Assembly: GCA_002633005.1 (NCBI GenBank)
Contig: NMRA01000661.1
Coordinates: 1-64,000, forward strand
Length of the DNA: 64,000 nt
From: Phoronis australis
Taxonomy: Eukaryota; Animalia; Phoronida
Direction: 5' to 3'
The notes beneath the pieces are model-generated. The model did not search any database. It was not told where the DNA came from and saw only the letters and a program-made list of their open reading frames with translations. A program made the position numbers and the translations under genes. Each line of letters begins with the position of its first letter. Positions within the stretch are counted from its first letter, which is position 1. Shown piece by piece: positions 1 to 15,200 of this stretch.

Positions 1-107
1 AGTTACTAATGGTACCTTACTATCCGTCAACTTTTCAGCCAGCTATCTTCTGTCTGTCAGTATAATTGTGGCTGCATAAGAAGAAAGGACTTTTCATGTT
101 TTCGCAG

Positions 108-295
108 ATTGTGGTGGTAACTTCGTTGCTTCTAATGGTACATTTACAAGCCCATACTACCCAAACGCTTACCTCTACCGTCGAGAGTGCGTGTACAGAA
201 TTTCAGTACGACTTGGAAGACGAATCAAGCTCGTTGTTTACGATATTGCAGTGGGATTGTCACAGCATGCGTGCAGCTCCCAAAATTCGCTTTCC
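108..295 (+). CDS. CUB gene exon, CUB-A first half
   Basis: ttcgcag|..|gtaag; CGGNFVASNGTFTSPYYPNAYLYRRECVYRISVRLGRRIKLVVYDIAVGLSQHACSSQNSLS (different frame from the ORF track). Confidence 0.9.
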
Positions 296-3200
296 GTAAG
301 TTTAATGTTAGCAGGTAGTGAATTGGCTTGAAACTTCCTGAAACTCTTAGAACATTAATTGACAATAAGTTAATGGTGAGCGGGAATTGCAAATATTCTA
401 TTCAATTCAGATGCTATCTTTGCAAATTCGATTTAGATTCAAATCAATAGGTCAACCTACAATATTCCAGAACCTAATAGACTACATGCCACTTAACCAT
501 AGTGGTTTGAGTTCGGGGAATACGATGAAAATCTAAGAAAAAAATAAACTATGTGTATGTAGATGTACACAAGCAGATAAGTTAGCTATTTTACAGTGGA
601 ACTTTTTGCTGGTGTTTTTTTACCACTGTACAGAACCCAAACATGCCCAGGCTTTCAATGAAAATTGGTCATAAGTTGTTCGTGTTGACTTCAAATCCTC
701 AAAATGTGTTCATCTCGGGTCATCATTTCACGGTGTTGGCTTGCATTCATATTTTTTACGAGACCACAGTGTTTGATTTTTTAGAAATGAAATTCAGATC
801 TGTGTCAAAGTTTTTATTTACTTTTATGATAAATTTATTGTTTGAAATGAAAGTGATTTTTTCTGATTATTGCCTATTCACCAAATCACAAAAACAAAGG
901 TAAACAAAACGGTGAGTTGCGATGGTTTGTTCTTGAAATTCTTCATGGATGACTGGATATAGAACACGTGAAGCTTTTGAAAGCAGTTACAGCGTTTTTG
1001 AAAAAGGGTCAAGAAAAACTGGAATCGTGGGAAAAGTAAAAATGATCGTAAAAGAATACTTCACATACGTTTTTATTTATTTTTCACAAGATTTGGAGCA
1101 TCTCTTGATGCAATTTAAAGTGAAAATCAACGTTACTCATTTTCAATAGGGTCTTGGAAAAGCGATCAACCTTTCTACCTGCTTTAAAGCTTGTAGTGAC
1201 CTCGAAATACTCCTAGAAGTGTCATCTCCAGCACATTAGCGCAATTCCATTTCATTCGTAAACTTGTGTATGTACTTCGATTAAGAGTAAAATAGATTAT
1301 TTAGAAAGTTAGGGTGAAACATTGAGCGGCTTACTTTAGATGACTTACATCTTCACATCGGGTAATAAATGGTCTTGATATTCTACATTATGACCATGCG
1401 GCGGACGAATGGGGAAGATATAGCCATTCTGATCGTCGACGAAGTCAACGTTGTGTAAACGAAACGTCGTTGAAACTCACTGCAGAACAGAAATTTACCT
1501 TCCAATATACTACAAACAGAAGTGGGATTTACAAATAATCGTTTGTTATTCGTTTTGACTTGAACGGGGGTCACATAGAAGACGTCGATGTGACGTCCAA
1601 CACAACAAACTAACTTACTTCAAAATGTGACTTCTTTCTCGTGCACGTTAACACCAGTTCGTCACGTACATGTACAGGTATGCAAGTGTTCCTCCTTCAG
1701 AAATTGTGGTGTCTTGCCCTAACATACCCAGGTTGTATGCAAAACCAAAAATAGTTCGTGTGTTTGAACGTATTTCAACTTTTTAGACCACTGAATTGAC
1801 TAAAGCCCAATGTCAAAAGCATATTTAAGTCTGGCCGGCATGCCACTTATGGCCACATCACGTGACCTAATTAATATAAGTCGAGAAAAGATTTCTGCCC
1901 CGACCAGGACTCGACCCCACTGTGGCGTGCTGATCAGACATAAAAGTACCTGCGGTATGCATTTCCATGCAGATTTAAAAATTACACATTTGTATAAAGA
2001 CCCAAAGTCCTCAAAATGAGGTTCCTGTTTCTACCATCATTACGTTTGCACGCAACATTTATCCTACTTTGAAGATCTATGATGGAGTTCTAGACGATTC
2101 ACCACGTATTCTGAGACTGTGCGGTCGCAACAGGAACATCGCACCGATACAGTCTTCCTCAAACACCATGAAGCTCGTTTTTACCACAGGAGGAAGTGTG
2201 ATCAACAAAGGTTTCTCGGCCTCCTATTCGTCAGACAATCCTGCGGGTAGGTGCAATTTTATTAGTTAGAATTTTGCCGCCATGGATGAATACTCATTTC
2301 GAAGCAATTCATACGCAGTTAATAATCCAACGAGCGGAAAGAGGATTCAATAGGCACCAACACTAGTATACGTCACCAGCAAAACCTAGGACACAATAGA
2401 GTGACTGAATAAAATATCCATTATTTGTAAAATCTATTGGTCCATTTACACCTATCTTTCTCCTATCTACATTGGCACTGCGTTTCTGTCGGTCATTTGT
2501 TCGGTCGTCTTCAGAAGTTACAGCGTTCTTAGAACTGAGAACGGGCACAAGTGTATGGTACACTTCCCTGGTCACATCATTTCATGGGGTTAGAACCAAC
2601 CATCCTTCTTGACTCCAAGGAAACGTGCATTCACTGCACCCAGTTATGTTTGTGTTGTGTTGCAACTGATTGTGTTTCGAAGGTGTGCTTTATTGCCACA
2701 CAATTCGACAGTAATTTAAATGATTCTGTTTTATCTAACTTTACTAAAGCCTGGCAGCGTTCTGTCGAAGTTTTACTTACTGAAGGTGAGACCTAGTGTG
2801 TATCGGTGAGTGAAATGAATCAAAATTAATTTTTAGTTTCTTCAACTGGTTTATTTCCACTGATGAAGCAACGTAGCGCCGTTTAGTGCTCTTTTCGCGA
2901 AAGTTCACGCCCTTAGGCATCAAATAAAAACGAAAAACAGACTGGTACCTAGAAAATAAATGGCTCGTAAAAATGAAGTCGAGCAACTTTACAACGAAGA
3001 TTGGGGCTCCCAAAAAGACGCAAATAATCGCTACCGTCTTTAAATTTTAATATTCCAGTTCCCACGTTGATGTCTGCTAGTAGTAGTAGAAGTAAATGAG
3101 GGCGAAGCCCTCAGACAGCTTCGCGAGATCGGAAGATCTCGCCTTCTGTCCTTGCTGGGTTGGTGTGGACGCGGATCGAAGGCAGGACCTGGTAGGCCGG

Positions 3201-6200
3201 TGGTGGTAGAGGTGGTGTGCTTGATCTTTTTTCTGGAGACGGGACGCTGGCTGGATGGCAACAGCGTTATTGACATCGAAGAGGTTTTATTCACATGAAG
3301 CCGGCTTGATGGCAACAGCTGTCATGCTACTGATTGTTTGTCTTTATACTGCTCCGTCGGGACAGTTACCAGTGGCACAGGCCCCGAACCCTTAGTGCTC
3401 CGGTAGCAGGTTGTCACGAGATTTGGTTATATTTATCCTGCCCCGTCGCCCCTTCGGAACAGTTACCAGTAGCGCAGGGCCCGAACCCTCAGTGCTCCGG
3501 TACATGGTTGTCACGACAGTTCGGTTGTCTTTATACTGCCCCGTCGGGACAGTTTTTACCAGCTGAGCAGGGCCAGGACCCTTAAGTGCTCCTGGAATAG
3601 GTTTGTCTCGGAAATGCGTCTTAGCGTAGCTTCGCGGAGTGACTGCAGCCTGTCGGAGACAGTCTGCATTCCGGCGAGCTCGTGTAGCGTGTCAGTTCGT
3701 GAATATCTGGGCTGTCCGAGAGCAATTCTCAGCGCCCAGTTTTGTACTGTCTGTAGTTTTTCGATTGTAGAAGGAGCACAGGTTGAAATGTCGATGGCGT
3801 CATATTCGAATAGGGGTCTGATGAACATTTTGTAGATCAGTAGTAGGCAGTCGCTCCTAGCGCCCCACCCTGTGCCCTTCAATCGATACATAAGCTTGAT
3901 GATGTCTGCTAAGTAAAGGCAACAATTTCATAAACTCACCCTGCGTGTATTCTGCGCTGGTGTTAGCTCGTAGTAAATGTAAATGCGCAGCACTGATACA
4001 AACCGTATCCCAAAGACTATACACGTCACACATGCATCTTAGTTATGTTCGAAAAACTGTTTCGCTCATATCCAGTTTGTGGGCTTTGTTTTTGTCCTAT
4101 TTTGAACAAAAGTAGCATTCTCACAACTTTTTTATGTACAAGCTATGTGCGCTTTTACGTGTATGGTACGTCTCCATATTGTATGTTATTGATGAAAAAG
4201 ATAGTAAAATAATATTACCTGTTTTGCTAAAATATACAACGGAAAGTCACTCTGCTATTTTCTCTTGACGGTAATCGTGATTTAATTGACATCCCTTTTA
4301 TTGTAATTCAAGAGTTATCAGCAAGCTCCACTGTACACATATAATTTTCTTAATTTCAGCCAGTCTATGCGAGAAAATGATAGCATTAACACAAGCACTG
4401 CGTAACTTTTGATTATCAAATTTTGATGAACATTTCGGATAACTCAAACGAACGCGCGAAAAAATGCTTGCAGACAGTCTCGCCGTTCGGACATTCAGAC
4501 AAATATCATTTTCGGCGCTCTCTTTTCCAAAGATCGTAGGCATTTCTCTGTGCAAAGTGGTATAATGCTCTGCGGAACATCTGTTCCTTAATTACATGCA
4601 GGAATATCTAGCAAATGGAAGTCTTTGTATGCGGGCTAAGCTTTTTGAATGATGTATTCATGCAAGTTTTGGCTAAGATAGCTTTTGTAAAAACGTGTAT
4701 CATCACCTAAATTGTGTCAAATTCTAAAGCAATATCTGATCACCATCCGATATATTCTTGCTCTTAAAACGTGTATCATCACAAAGCACTAAACAAATAA
4801 CTGGATGTCATTTTCTACTTCAAGGGACAGTGGCCACATTTTGACGCCGATGCAGTTATGTTCGAGAATAATCAGTGTGTTTTAAAAATGCCCAAATGCT
4901 CTAAGTTGATGTTTGCCTTGCCCATTGGTTAACTATTTATTGCATTTGTAGATATGACTTCTTTCCAAGACTTGGAGCACTTAGAACGGTAAACACCAAA
5001 CATTGCTTTTGAGACTAATGGCGGGTTCATAACCACTAGTGTAAAACTGTTTAGCGTGATTTTCAGTGTGTGGGGGACTCATTACTGGTCCGCAGTCGGG
5101 AGTCGTACAGAGTCCTGGTTATGCAGGTGGCACGTACCCTAACAACATCCAGTGCACTTGGATTGTCGCTGCTCCTAATAGCACTGGTTGGTCAATCGAG
5201 CTAGATTTTACTTCGTTTGACCTGGAATCAAGCTTAACATGTCGTCATGACTTCATCGAAGTCAAAGAAGGTAAGTTTGTCTGAATAAGAAAGGTCTGAG
5301 AAAAATCGAATATCCTGTAGTTTTGACGCGCTTCACTAATGTCAAAAGCCGAATTTTCGAAATACAAGCTCCATCTTGGGTTAGCCGGTTTCTTCCATAA
5401 ACGCTAGAAAGTGTTTGCACAGTGCGTTGTCTCAGTCAAGCACAGCTCGCCAAATGTATGTTTTTTCCTGTGCATGCATTTCTAGAGTCGTTCATGCGTG
5501 CGTCTATTTTCTTGGATAATTGTGTTCTTGCTATACTGAAACCTACGCTACTGATCTTTATGTTCAACAGAACATTGTTATAGTCATTAGACTTGAGCAA
5601 CATGTACATGTACATGTACAACCTCACGCTCAAGCTCCAGGGATCGAGTTTAGAATTGAAGTGGTAGGTGTGAGTCTTGGGACTTTCAAGTGCAAATTAC
5701 ATGCAGAACCGAATATTTATCGTCCCAAATTATAATATAACCGAGCACAGAATAAACAAATAAACATTGTAACGCCGTTCTTTTGTTGGTGAAAGTACCG
5801 AATGTAACCTGTATGTTGAACCCGAGTTCGAAGATTATCCAGAATTTGCGTCGTTTTGTTCTTTCTCAACAGTTTTGTTAACTTCAAGGTCTATTTCTAA
5901 ATAAACCAGCTAAGTTTACTGGGTAACGTTGCTGAATTGTTGTAGAGACTGTCACGATTTTATATCTTTGATAACCTTGTAGTATATGCAATGACAAAAC
6001 AATGTTTGTATTTGCCCAAGACATAAATGGCCGTCATCTTAGATTTTACAAAATGACTGTCATGAAAAAAGTTTCAGGCACTAAATAAGCTTTTACTTCG
6101 GCGGCTAAACTGCCATTTCAGTGCCAATCAATCCACTGTTATCAAAATAACTACAATGCTAAATTCAACTAAAAAATAATTGCCTATATAAAGCCTTGCA

Positions 6201-9200
6201 CCCATGTTGCTTTGCCTGTACGAGAGAACAGTCCTGTGATGTCTGTGCCTTCAAAAGCATGGGGGCTGGTGAAGTATTTCTTCTTTCTGCATACGGTGAG
6301 GTTGCCATCCAATTTTATGACAGCTAATCTTCCTGTGAAGGTTATGCTGTACACGTAGCCAAGTTCTCGATCATATGGATCAAGTTCAGTTTGTCTAGGT
6401 GTGGTAGTATTGTTTGTACCATCTGGGACTTGGAAACTACTGGTTCCACGGTGAAATCGTGGTTCCCAATGACCTTTATCCATTTGATGTAACAGCCAGT
6501 ACCACCAGTCCACCGCACTTGTCACTGAACTCCTTTAGTTGACCATTGTTGTCTCGGCGTTTCACTGACTCCTGTATAAGCTTGTTCGACATTCTTCTAT
6601 ACAAGCACTCATGAGACCCATTGATGTCGGCAGGTCGTGAGCATATACAGTGTAGCAGGGGTATCGATACTTGTCCTATTTAGCAGCAAGTGAGATTCCA
6701 TGTTTCAATATGACTGTCTTGATCTTATTTATTCCTCTTGACAAGACTTGGCCTAAGATTATGAAGCCCTCTTATTTTGTTGGACTGACTCATGAACTTT
6801 TTTGCAATGCAGAAATGTTCTGGTGAAAGCTAGAAGAGTGGCTGTCGTCTCGCATTGTCTTGGTTTGATAAGCCGACGAGCCCAAAAGTGATTGTTATCA
6901 ACTTGTTCAGATGATCGCTTGTATCGCTGCTCTTCCCGACGGATGCCAAGAGAATGTCATTATTCGTGACGCAAGGCTACCTGTTTGTAGCTCTTCACAG
7001 GCTAATTGATCTTTAGATCGTGCTCGTCTTTGGGGTGCCTAGGTTTTGTTTAATTCGATCAAAAACGAAGAAAATCTCGCTCAACAGTTCTCCGGCTTGT
7101 AGATGATGCACCATTGCCTGTCGCAGCAACACGATTACCTCTACTCCATATAGATACTTCATCACTACTTCGAACATTGTATTTGAATCTTCGAAAACTG
7201 TGATAAAATCATCAGTGGCCTACAATTCAAGTTGAGTGCTTTTTTATCAGTCAGCTTTTGTGTGGTTACCCCGACCCCCCTCGGAAGAGAAAGCTTTATC
7301 TGCCTCTGATTCTTTCTGGCTGTCGATTTCATTTATAAAGTGTCCTCTATAAATTACTCTGTTGCCATTTCATAGAGAGCCACTTATATGACAGTGTGGG
7401 CAGGAGGTGTAAGTTTGTGCTGGGTACATGTAAGATTTGTTTTGTTGTTGCAGAGTCATAGACATCACTTTCAATCTAGGCACTGTGAATACCTGAGTTC
7501 TCACATATATAGGTCTCCCAGTCGGGACAACTGAACATTTCAGGTAAAGCTTTCTTTTATACAGATGTAAGTTTGAACACGTGCCATGTCAAATAAACTT
7601 ACTGTGGGAGGATCTTCAACAGCAGCCAGCTTTCTCAGTTCCCACACTTGCCGGTAGTAGAGCTCGGACTAGGCTTGCTTTGAGGCAAAAGTGACTTGTA
7701 TCCTGCCTCGCTTGCTTGTTGCTTCCTCAGATTCGATTTTAAGGATTCAAAATTCTCCCGCTGGTAATCATGTGGTTTATTCTCTTAGCAAGCTGGGATT
7801 CCGGATTTCCACATTGCAGCACATCCATATGTCCATATGGATCATGGTGATGAAAGCACACAGCAAGCCTGGAACTGACGATGACGATGATGGTGATGCC
7901 CTTAAGACTCCCTGATTGTCTTGAATGTTTGGCACATTTTTGTCATGAAGAGCATGTCGGCTTCACATTAACTTAGTGGGGCATCCGTGCCTGATTACGT
8001 GTAAAACCGCCAATGAAATTGGATATCAGTCAATTAAATGTCTTGATTGAATCTAGGATATTTGTGTTAAGAGCATTGGATTCGTTGGCCCTGAAATGGT
8101 TGCCTGGTGGTCTTTGAGTATTTTAACGTTGGCAGAAACTGTAATACTCTTTTTCCCACGACATTCAGAAGATTGCGATGTTAGCTTTCATATAACGCCA
8201 ACTTTGAAAAAGTATAGCTCGATTAAATTACAACACAATCAACGGAGGAAATAATGTCCTTAGCTGTCACCTTAGATTATCCATGATGATTTGGTTAAAC
8301 CGGAGATTTTTTGACAAGTTCAATCAAAATAATTTGGGACGTAATCCTTAAATTAGGGTGTTGAATAAAGAGATCCCAACTTAATTTTAATAATATTGAG
8401 AACACAATGTACAATTGACCTTCGATTTGCATCAATGACAAAAATTGACTTAGCACTGAGACTCAAACAGCATAAGAAAGACAACCAGTGTTTCCAAAAA
8501 ATCCACAAATACGCAGTAGATTTAGGGAGTTTAGTTGAGTCCATATTTGGGACTGTTTCATGCAACCGGGCGTAGAAGACTTACTCCTGCATGCGCAATG
8601 GCGTTCAACATAAATTCTCAGTAACGTGGTCTTGACATTCACAACGGCATGGTAACATGAGGTCGCTGGAAAGAACGTATGACGGCCATGCGCACTTCTA
8701 TCGTTAATATCTATGGTGTTTTTACGAATCTCTGGAAGCGGTTTTGTATGCGAGTTGATTTCATGCAAAAAGGCACATGTCTCCGAAATCATGAAAAGAA
8801 AGACATGTGGGGGTAATATTTCTTCAACTTTCAATTTAGTTTTGTTCTACTGTGGTACCAAATAAGTATAGCGCCAACATTTACGTACACAAAAGGAGAC
8901 GATAATTTCCTACACTCCATTTTCCATAAGATTAGGTGTCTTGTGTAATGAGCGTTCAAGCCAATTCTCTAACGTAAACCCAGTTTAACGTCACGTTTTG
9001 TCCAGCCATTAAAGAGGAGTTATTGTTGCTGTTGGTCTATATCCACGTCTTGGCGAACAAAACACAAAATTCCAGTCCTTGCTTTTTATGCCTGTTCCCT
9101 ACTATACGTAAGACATCCTTTTACAAAAATTAGTGTCTATTTTTGCAGGTTCAGATGGGAATCAACTTGTTGGACGTTATTGTGGTAGCAATGCTACCAA

Positions 9201-12200
9201 CACTAATCTGCCATGGCCACTCCTCATTCTGTCACCATGGACGATACACGTTAGGTTTCGAACCGACTTTTCAGGCACCCGCAGAGGATTTAATCTAACT
9301 TATAGTTTCTCAGGTAAATTCCACTTACTGTGATAGGCATTGCCTGAATTGAAGACGCATTGTGGTATTGCCTGCAGTAATTTTAGTTTCACATTAGAAC
9401 ACTTGGCGAGTTTGAACTTTCAAAAACCACGATAATGAACCGACTGAATTTTAGCGATGTGACCGTGCTTATTATTTTCACTTTAAGCAAGGTCAATGGC
9501 AGCCGAAGTCGCTGAACCACTTGATTTTCACGCAACAGTGACGTTGAAAATCAAAGTAGCAGTTTTGTGGGTGTTAATGAGACAGACATGAAACTTTGGT
9601 TTAACACTTATATTTAGTCCCATACGCGTTGAATAAGTTGAGTGCAATAGGGCCATGTGTCATTGTTTTCCGTATAGCACTCCCGGACCACTTCAACAAG
9701 GAAGGTTCAAAAGGGCCAATGTCGACTCGACGTCGTAAGCTGGCTGGATCATCAAACTTTCCCAAAATAGTTTAAAGTAATAAAGTTGGAGCTGTATAAA
9801 TGACACTCAACATGCAATCAGGTCACAGACGTAACATCCGGTACAAAACTGTTAATTATGTAACACTAAATCTGCCTGTTTTTTGCTAAATAATGTATCA
9901 TCTGCAACCCAGGCAGCGATTCCACAACTCCCTCAACCCACGACCACCTCAACCTACGACTTGTGGCAACAGAGGTATATTTTTTGTGCATTTTACATAT
10001 TTCATAATCATATTACGTCGCCGAGCGACTATCCCATGAGACATACCAGCTCGCGAGTCTGCTCTGGCTCAAATCTGGTGATTAAAAATAGAAAGTGACG
10101 CGACAACGAGATCTGGCTTGCGTTCAGTAACGAGAGGACCTACGTTAGGACCTAGCTAAAATTTAGACAAAGTCACGTGCTCTTATTTAAAAGACACGGT
10201 GATATCTCACATAATCTCGCGTAGTCTTGCTTTTTAGCGAGGTCCTAGTGTTACTGAACGGGAGGCTGAAATAGGGAATTGAGAGCACACAGTCGTCACG
10301 GGCAGCTATCAATCCAATGTCTCAGTTCTACTAAACTTAGGAGAGAATCCGTTAACATTATTTCACATTTTTTTATTTGGTTTCTATTTTATACTCGTTT
10401 ACAGTATTCCCCATGTAACGGTGAAATTTTTTGTTAACGTTTTGGTTTTTCAACTGTGTAGTTACTGATGAGTTTTACAGTTTTGTCGGTTCTCACAACT
10501 ATTCGCAAAAAAACGTTGAATCTGTCATTCACTGAAAAGCAGACGAGACGATTACACTTTGTGGAACGACATTTGTAACGTTGGCAGGTCTTTAATTTGA
10601 TTTGGTCACGTTGTGTTATTTCCCTGTTTTTTGAATTTCAAACTTGCCGAATGGACTCTCTTAATTGCAAAAAACAGTGAAAAGCCAGCCGAGCTCACGG
10701 CCCTGCAAGTCGGAGCTTGTTCTATGTTCAGATCGAGTCAGGTTTGTGTAGACTGCTTCGAGGCGGTGTGGGTCGTGGATCCAGAGGGTCACGAGTCGAG
10801 GGGATTGTACATGTAGGTCGAGGCGGTCGGGGGTGTGGGGTTCGAGCAATTTTAAAAAAATCCCCTCTTACATGGCAAACGCACGTGCACAAAGTCAGCG
10901 CACCCTTGAGAAACAGCATGCGCGCATCCAGCCATTAATATGGGGGGCTCGAATCTCTGAAAAAGTGGACCTTTTGGTCACAAAAAGCGGGAGGACTAAA
11001 AGAATAAAAGGCACCACCTCCAAGTCTGTGACTCTTGCGTCTGCGTCTTTTTAGTGCACTTTTGTCTCGTTTTCTCGGACTTTTTGTTTCTCTGAGGCGG
11101 ACCTTTTTACTCACTTCGCTGGGTGCGCGCATGAACAGAAGCTACATGTAGCAAAATGTCCAAAAATGCTGTGACTTTGAGATCGATGTACCTCTTTCAT
11201 GAAAGTCTGGGTATGTTTGACATGTTGACCTTTACTTTTGTACGAGTTTCTTTGCCACATGCTGCAAACATCTCGATGTTAACTTTATTTCATAGAATGT
11301 GGCGGTGTGCTGTCTGACGCTAGTGGCATTATCACCAGCCCCAACTACCCTTCCGCATATCATCTTAATGTAGCATGTGTGTGGGTAATTCAAGCACCAA
11401 ACGGTCACAAGATACAGGTAGGAAAACTTGCTCCGGGTGTGTTCTAATATGTGTAAAGTTCTGTAACATCAACATCCACGACGAGTTAAAAGGTGTCGCG
11501 TTACCCTGACACTAAGACGCAGTCACAAAGCGATGACGTCAACGGATCTTGAGATCGGTTATCCTATTTCTGTCAATGGGGTGGTGCATATAAAAAGTGT
11601 CAAGCCCGTCTTGCTACACTCTTGTAGTAAAATTGTTGTGATTTTAATGACTGCAAATGTGTTAAAGAATTTACGCGTCCCACTTTTTTCAGAAGCAACC
11701 AAGCTATAATTGAAGCTGGCCGACCGGTTATCAAGGCGGCCGTGTGAGTGCATATGTCCGTCGTATGTTCATGCAGTTGTGGGTGAAGGGTAGCTATTGA
11801 AACAAGTATTCAACTGTATGCAATTAGACTTCAAAGCATCAGCAACTGCAATTATGGAATATAGCAACCTCTTAGCTCGAAAATTTAATGAGCGCGAAAC
11901 GACCAAAGTCAAGCAAAAAGTCTCTTGGTTTTTTCCAAGAGTGAAGAACGTGACAAACAATCACCGCGTCACATGTTAGCTCCCCTGCTGTGTAGACAAA
12001 TTATAAAAGAACTCAGAGTGCAAGTATCGATAGGAACTAATCGAACTAAATTGATGTTAAAAAATTGCTTTTTGGTGGAGTGCTCTTTAAATTATTCACC
12101 TAGCCGATTGCACCGGATAATTACTGGCGCAGACGCGGACAAGAAATGGAACGCACCACCTAAGCGTACGTACATGCCATTCTCTTACGCTATGGGCGTA

Positions 12201-15200
12201 CGCAAGTCCCCACCGACCGATGTTCCAGTATTACTACAACATGAGGTGTTCGAGTTGAGCGGCCAAACTACGCAAACTTTTGTCAGCTGACAAGTACATG
12301 GTATTGGTCTCCGTAGCCATAAGAGCCTGACAATGACAGTAATGGAGTTATGTCCCTCGCATTTGCTATGATTCCGACTGCAGGTTAGACCCACGTGGCA
12401 CGCTGAGTGAAACTGTCTGACCAGAGTAGGCCTATGATCTGCCATCGATTTGCGTAAACCAAACTAAACTAGCCTGGTAGGGTATATTTTAAAGGCGCAC
12501 CTCGGTCATTGCCGTCATGGTTGAATGGCCAGGTTAAAATCATACAGTGTAATTAGCGAGAACCCGAAACATGAAGGAATTCCCAATCCCTTCGAGTCAC
12601 GACTGCATGCACACGGCTCTGAGTGTGTTTGCACTCCGCAATTGTAACGCTACTGAAAACGTGATCCCCACTTGTGAAACACCTACATGTAAGAAGACAC
12701 ACGATAAACAAACAGCTTGCAGCGACTCCATTCCAATGGAAAAAGGTGTATTTTTCTCGTGTAATATGAGTGCTCAGTGGTCTTCCCCTTCTGCTTTTAG
12801 ATCCAACCCTGGAATTTAACGTACAGATCAGTAAAGATTGTCATCTCGACTATGTGACTGTTCTGAACGGTGGCTACCCTTCGTCTCCTTCTATCGGACG
12901 ATTCTGCGGCAACGGAACAAACGCGATTAAATTGCGGTCGATGAACAACCGCCTTCGTGTCGAATTCAATAGTGATTTCTTGTCAGCTGGTGGACGATTC
13001 AAAATACGTTACAACATCGACAACACAGGTTAGTTCGCTTTCACAGAACAATATGTCATCTGGCTTTTCATGCGCACTGGTTATTGTTGTGTTTACTGCG
13101 ATATCTCGGATCCAACACATTTGGCTCATGAGAAGGGTCTAGTATCAGCAAACTGCACTGGGTTTTCATTTACAAGTGTTGCTGTGCTGTAAATTCAAAA
13201 CTACACTGAGAGATAAAAACGCTTTACCTGTTCTAAATGTGTTTGGCTGTTTTTCAATACCCCATGTACATATTCCTTACATGCACAAAATGAAGTGAGT
13301 GTTCGCGTGTATTTTGTGACCTTCTTTCCCTTCAGGTTGCGGAGGCGTTTTGCATGCGGCCAATGGCCATATAAATTCGCCCAACTACCCCCATCACTAC
13401 CCACATAATACCCAGTGCATCTGGGACATTATAGTGGTTTCAGGGAATCACGTTAATTTGACCTTCAACAATCCGTTTGCAATCGATGCAGAGTTCAGCA
13501 CATGTACTTACGATTACGTAGAAGTAAGTCAACTATCAGTTTCATAATTTCAGAAGTTACATGGTCAATATTCGAAATGCATTCTTACATGTATAATGTT
13601 ACTTAGGCCTAAATAACGACTCGACTTGATCTTGCGTTTTATCACATACGTGTTGAAAAAGTTGAGTGAAATATGGCCATGTTGTATTGCTTTCCGTACT
13701 GCTCTCCCGGGACTATTTTTAACAGTGGCCATTACACTCTGACATGGAAAGTACAAAAGTTTGGTCAATGTCGAGTTCGGACGTCACTAGCCGGCTCGAT
13801 CACTTCTCAACATGCGAACATACATGTACATGTAAAATCTGATACAAAACTGTTAATTTTATAACTCTTACTTCTCAGTTTCATTTGCTAAAATATTATC
13901 GTCTGCCATGGCGCCTTGGTAACTTCAGTGTTAACTATTCTTGTTATTGTTTAATAATTTTCAAAAATGTTAAAAGTTCAATGCACAATTATCGTTGTTA
14001 TTTCTTTTCAGATAATAATTCGTTGCATTAAATGCTGTTTTCTTTTTCTATAATAAACGTGTAGCTTAACGCACAAGCACATGAACTATAGGTTGTGATC
14101 TGCCACGTGAACATTCTTGGAGAAATATTTAAAGGTCTGCCGAAAAAATAAAAGAAACTTATGAATTCGAAGCGTATGGGATAAATACAAATTCGGTCTC
14201 GGTCGATACGCGTAATAGTGTCTCGTGGGTTATTATTTCATCTACGCCACTCTTGTGTATAATATACTTCTACGCTGTCTTCTTGTTGGATGGCGAAAGC
14301 ATAGCTCACCATTTGGCAGCCAAATGTTATAATAGAAAGCCTCTATTTGGGTCCTGCACTGGACTAATAGATTAGGACCTGATTTCAGAAATTTTTTATC
14401 TATTTAGGTCAGTGATTACAAGAATGGTGAATACACGCCCATTTATCGTGGTTGTGGACACAAGTTGCCACCATCCCAACGTTCGTCGGATAATCGACTT
14501 CGAGTCAAATTCCGTTCAGATCCCTGGACCAATGCTACTGGGTTTTCTGCAAGCTGGAGAACAGGTAACAGGCATCACGCACTGAGCACGTCATTAGTGG
14601 GCGTAATCAGCCTCTATGACGAGTGTCCAGGCTTTTGATCTACCGGGTGAGCACAGATCGGGCTACTGTTTCCGCGAGCCCCTTTGCATCTCAAAAGTAT
14701 CGGAATACATGTATGTTCAGGGATACTGAACCTTGTTTTGGTGATTTTAACCAATCCTAGTTCTATCAGTTTATAATGCACTATTGGCGCCCACCTTGAA
14801 TGAGAAAAAGCAGGATTCAACTAAAGACTGACTCATTCCTTCTATGTCACAGATAGGATATTATATTACTCGGAGGATGGTCTTTCCGCCTAGTACAGTT
14901 GCCGTGTAACTCCACTAAAGCTTAGGCCACGCTTACCGTTTAACATGCTTTCTACGGATTTTAAAATTTTGCTAGAAATGTTTTAGGGTTGTCAATTATT
15001 ACAGAACATTATTCTATTTCAGAGGACTAGATGGGAACGTATTTTTAATATCTATTAATAGGCCTAAACCATGTTCGGTATCTTTTTAAATTACATATTA
15101 CTTCACATCTGTAGGACCTGAAATACATTCATCATGCCTTAAACATGTTCAGATTTAAGGCCCCCTCTGTACTTGTATCTAACTACATGGTGGTGGCCTA

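Noticed and set aside
571-1187. Possible TTAA-type (Kolobok-like) non-autonomous element in intron 1
   Set aside because: Only a weak terminal match and no TSD on the left.
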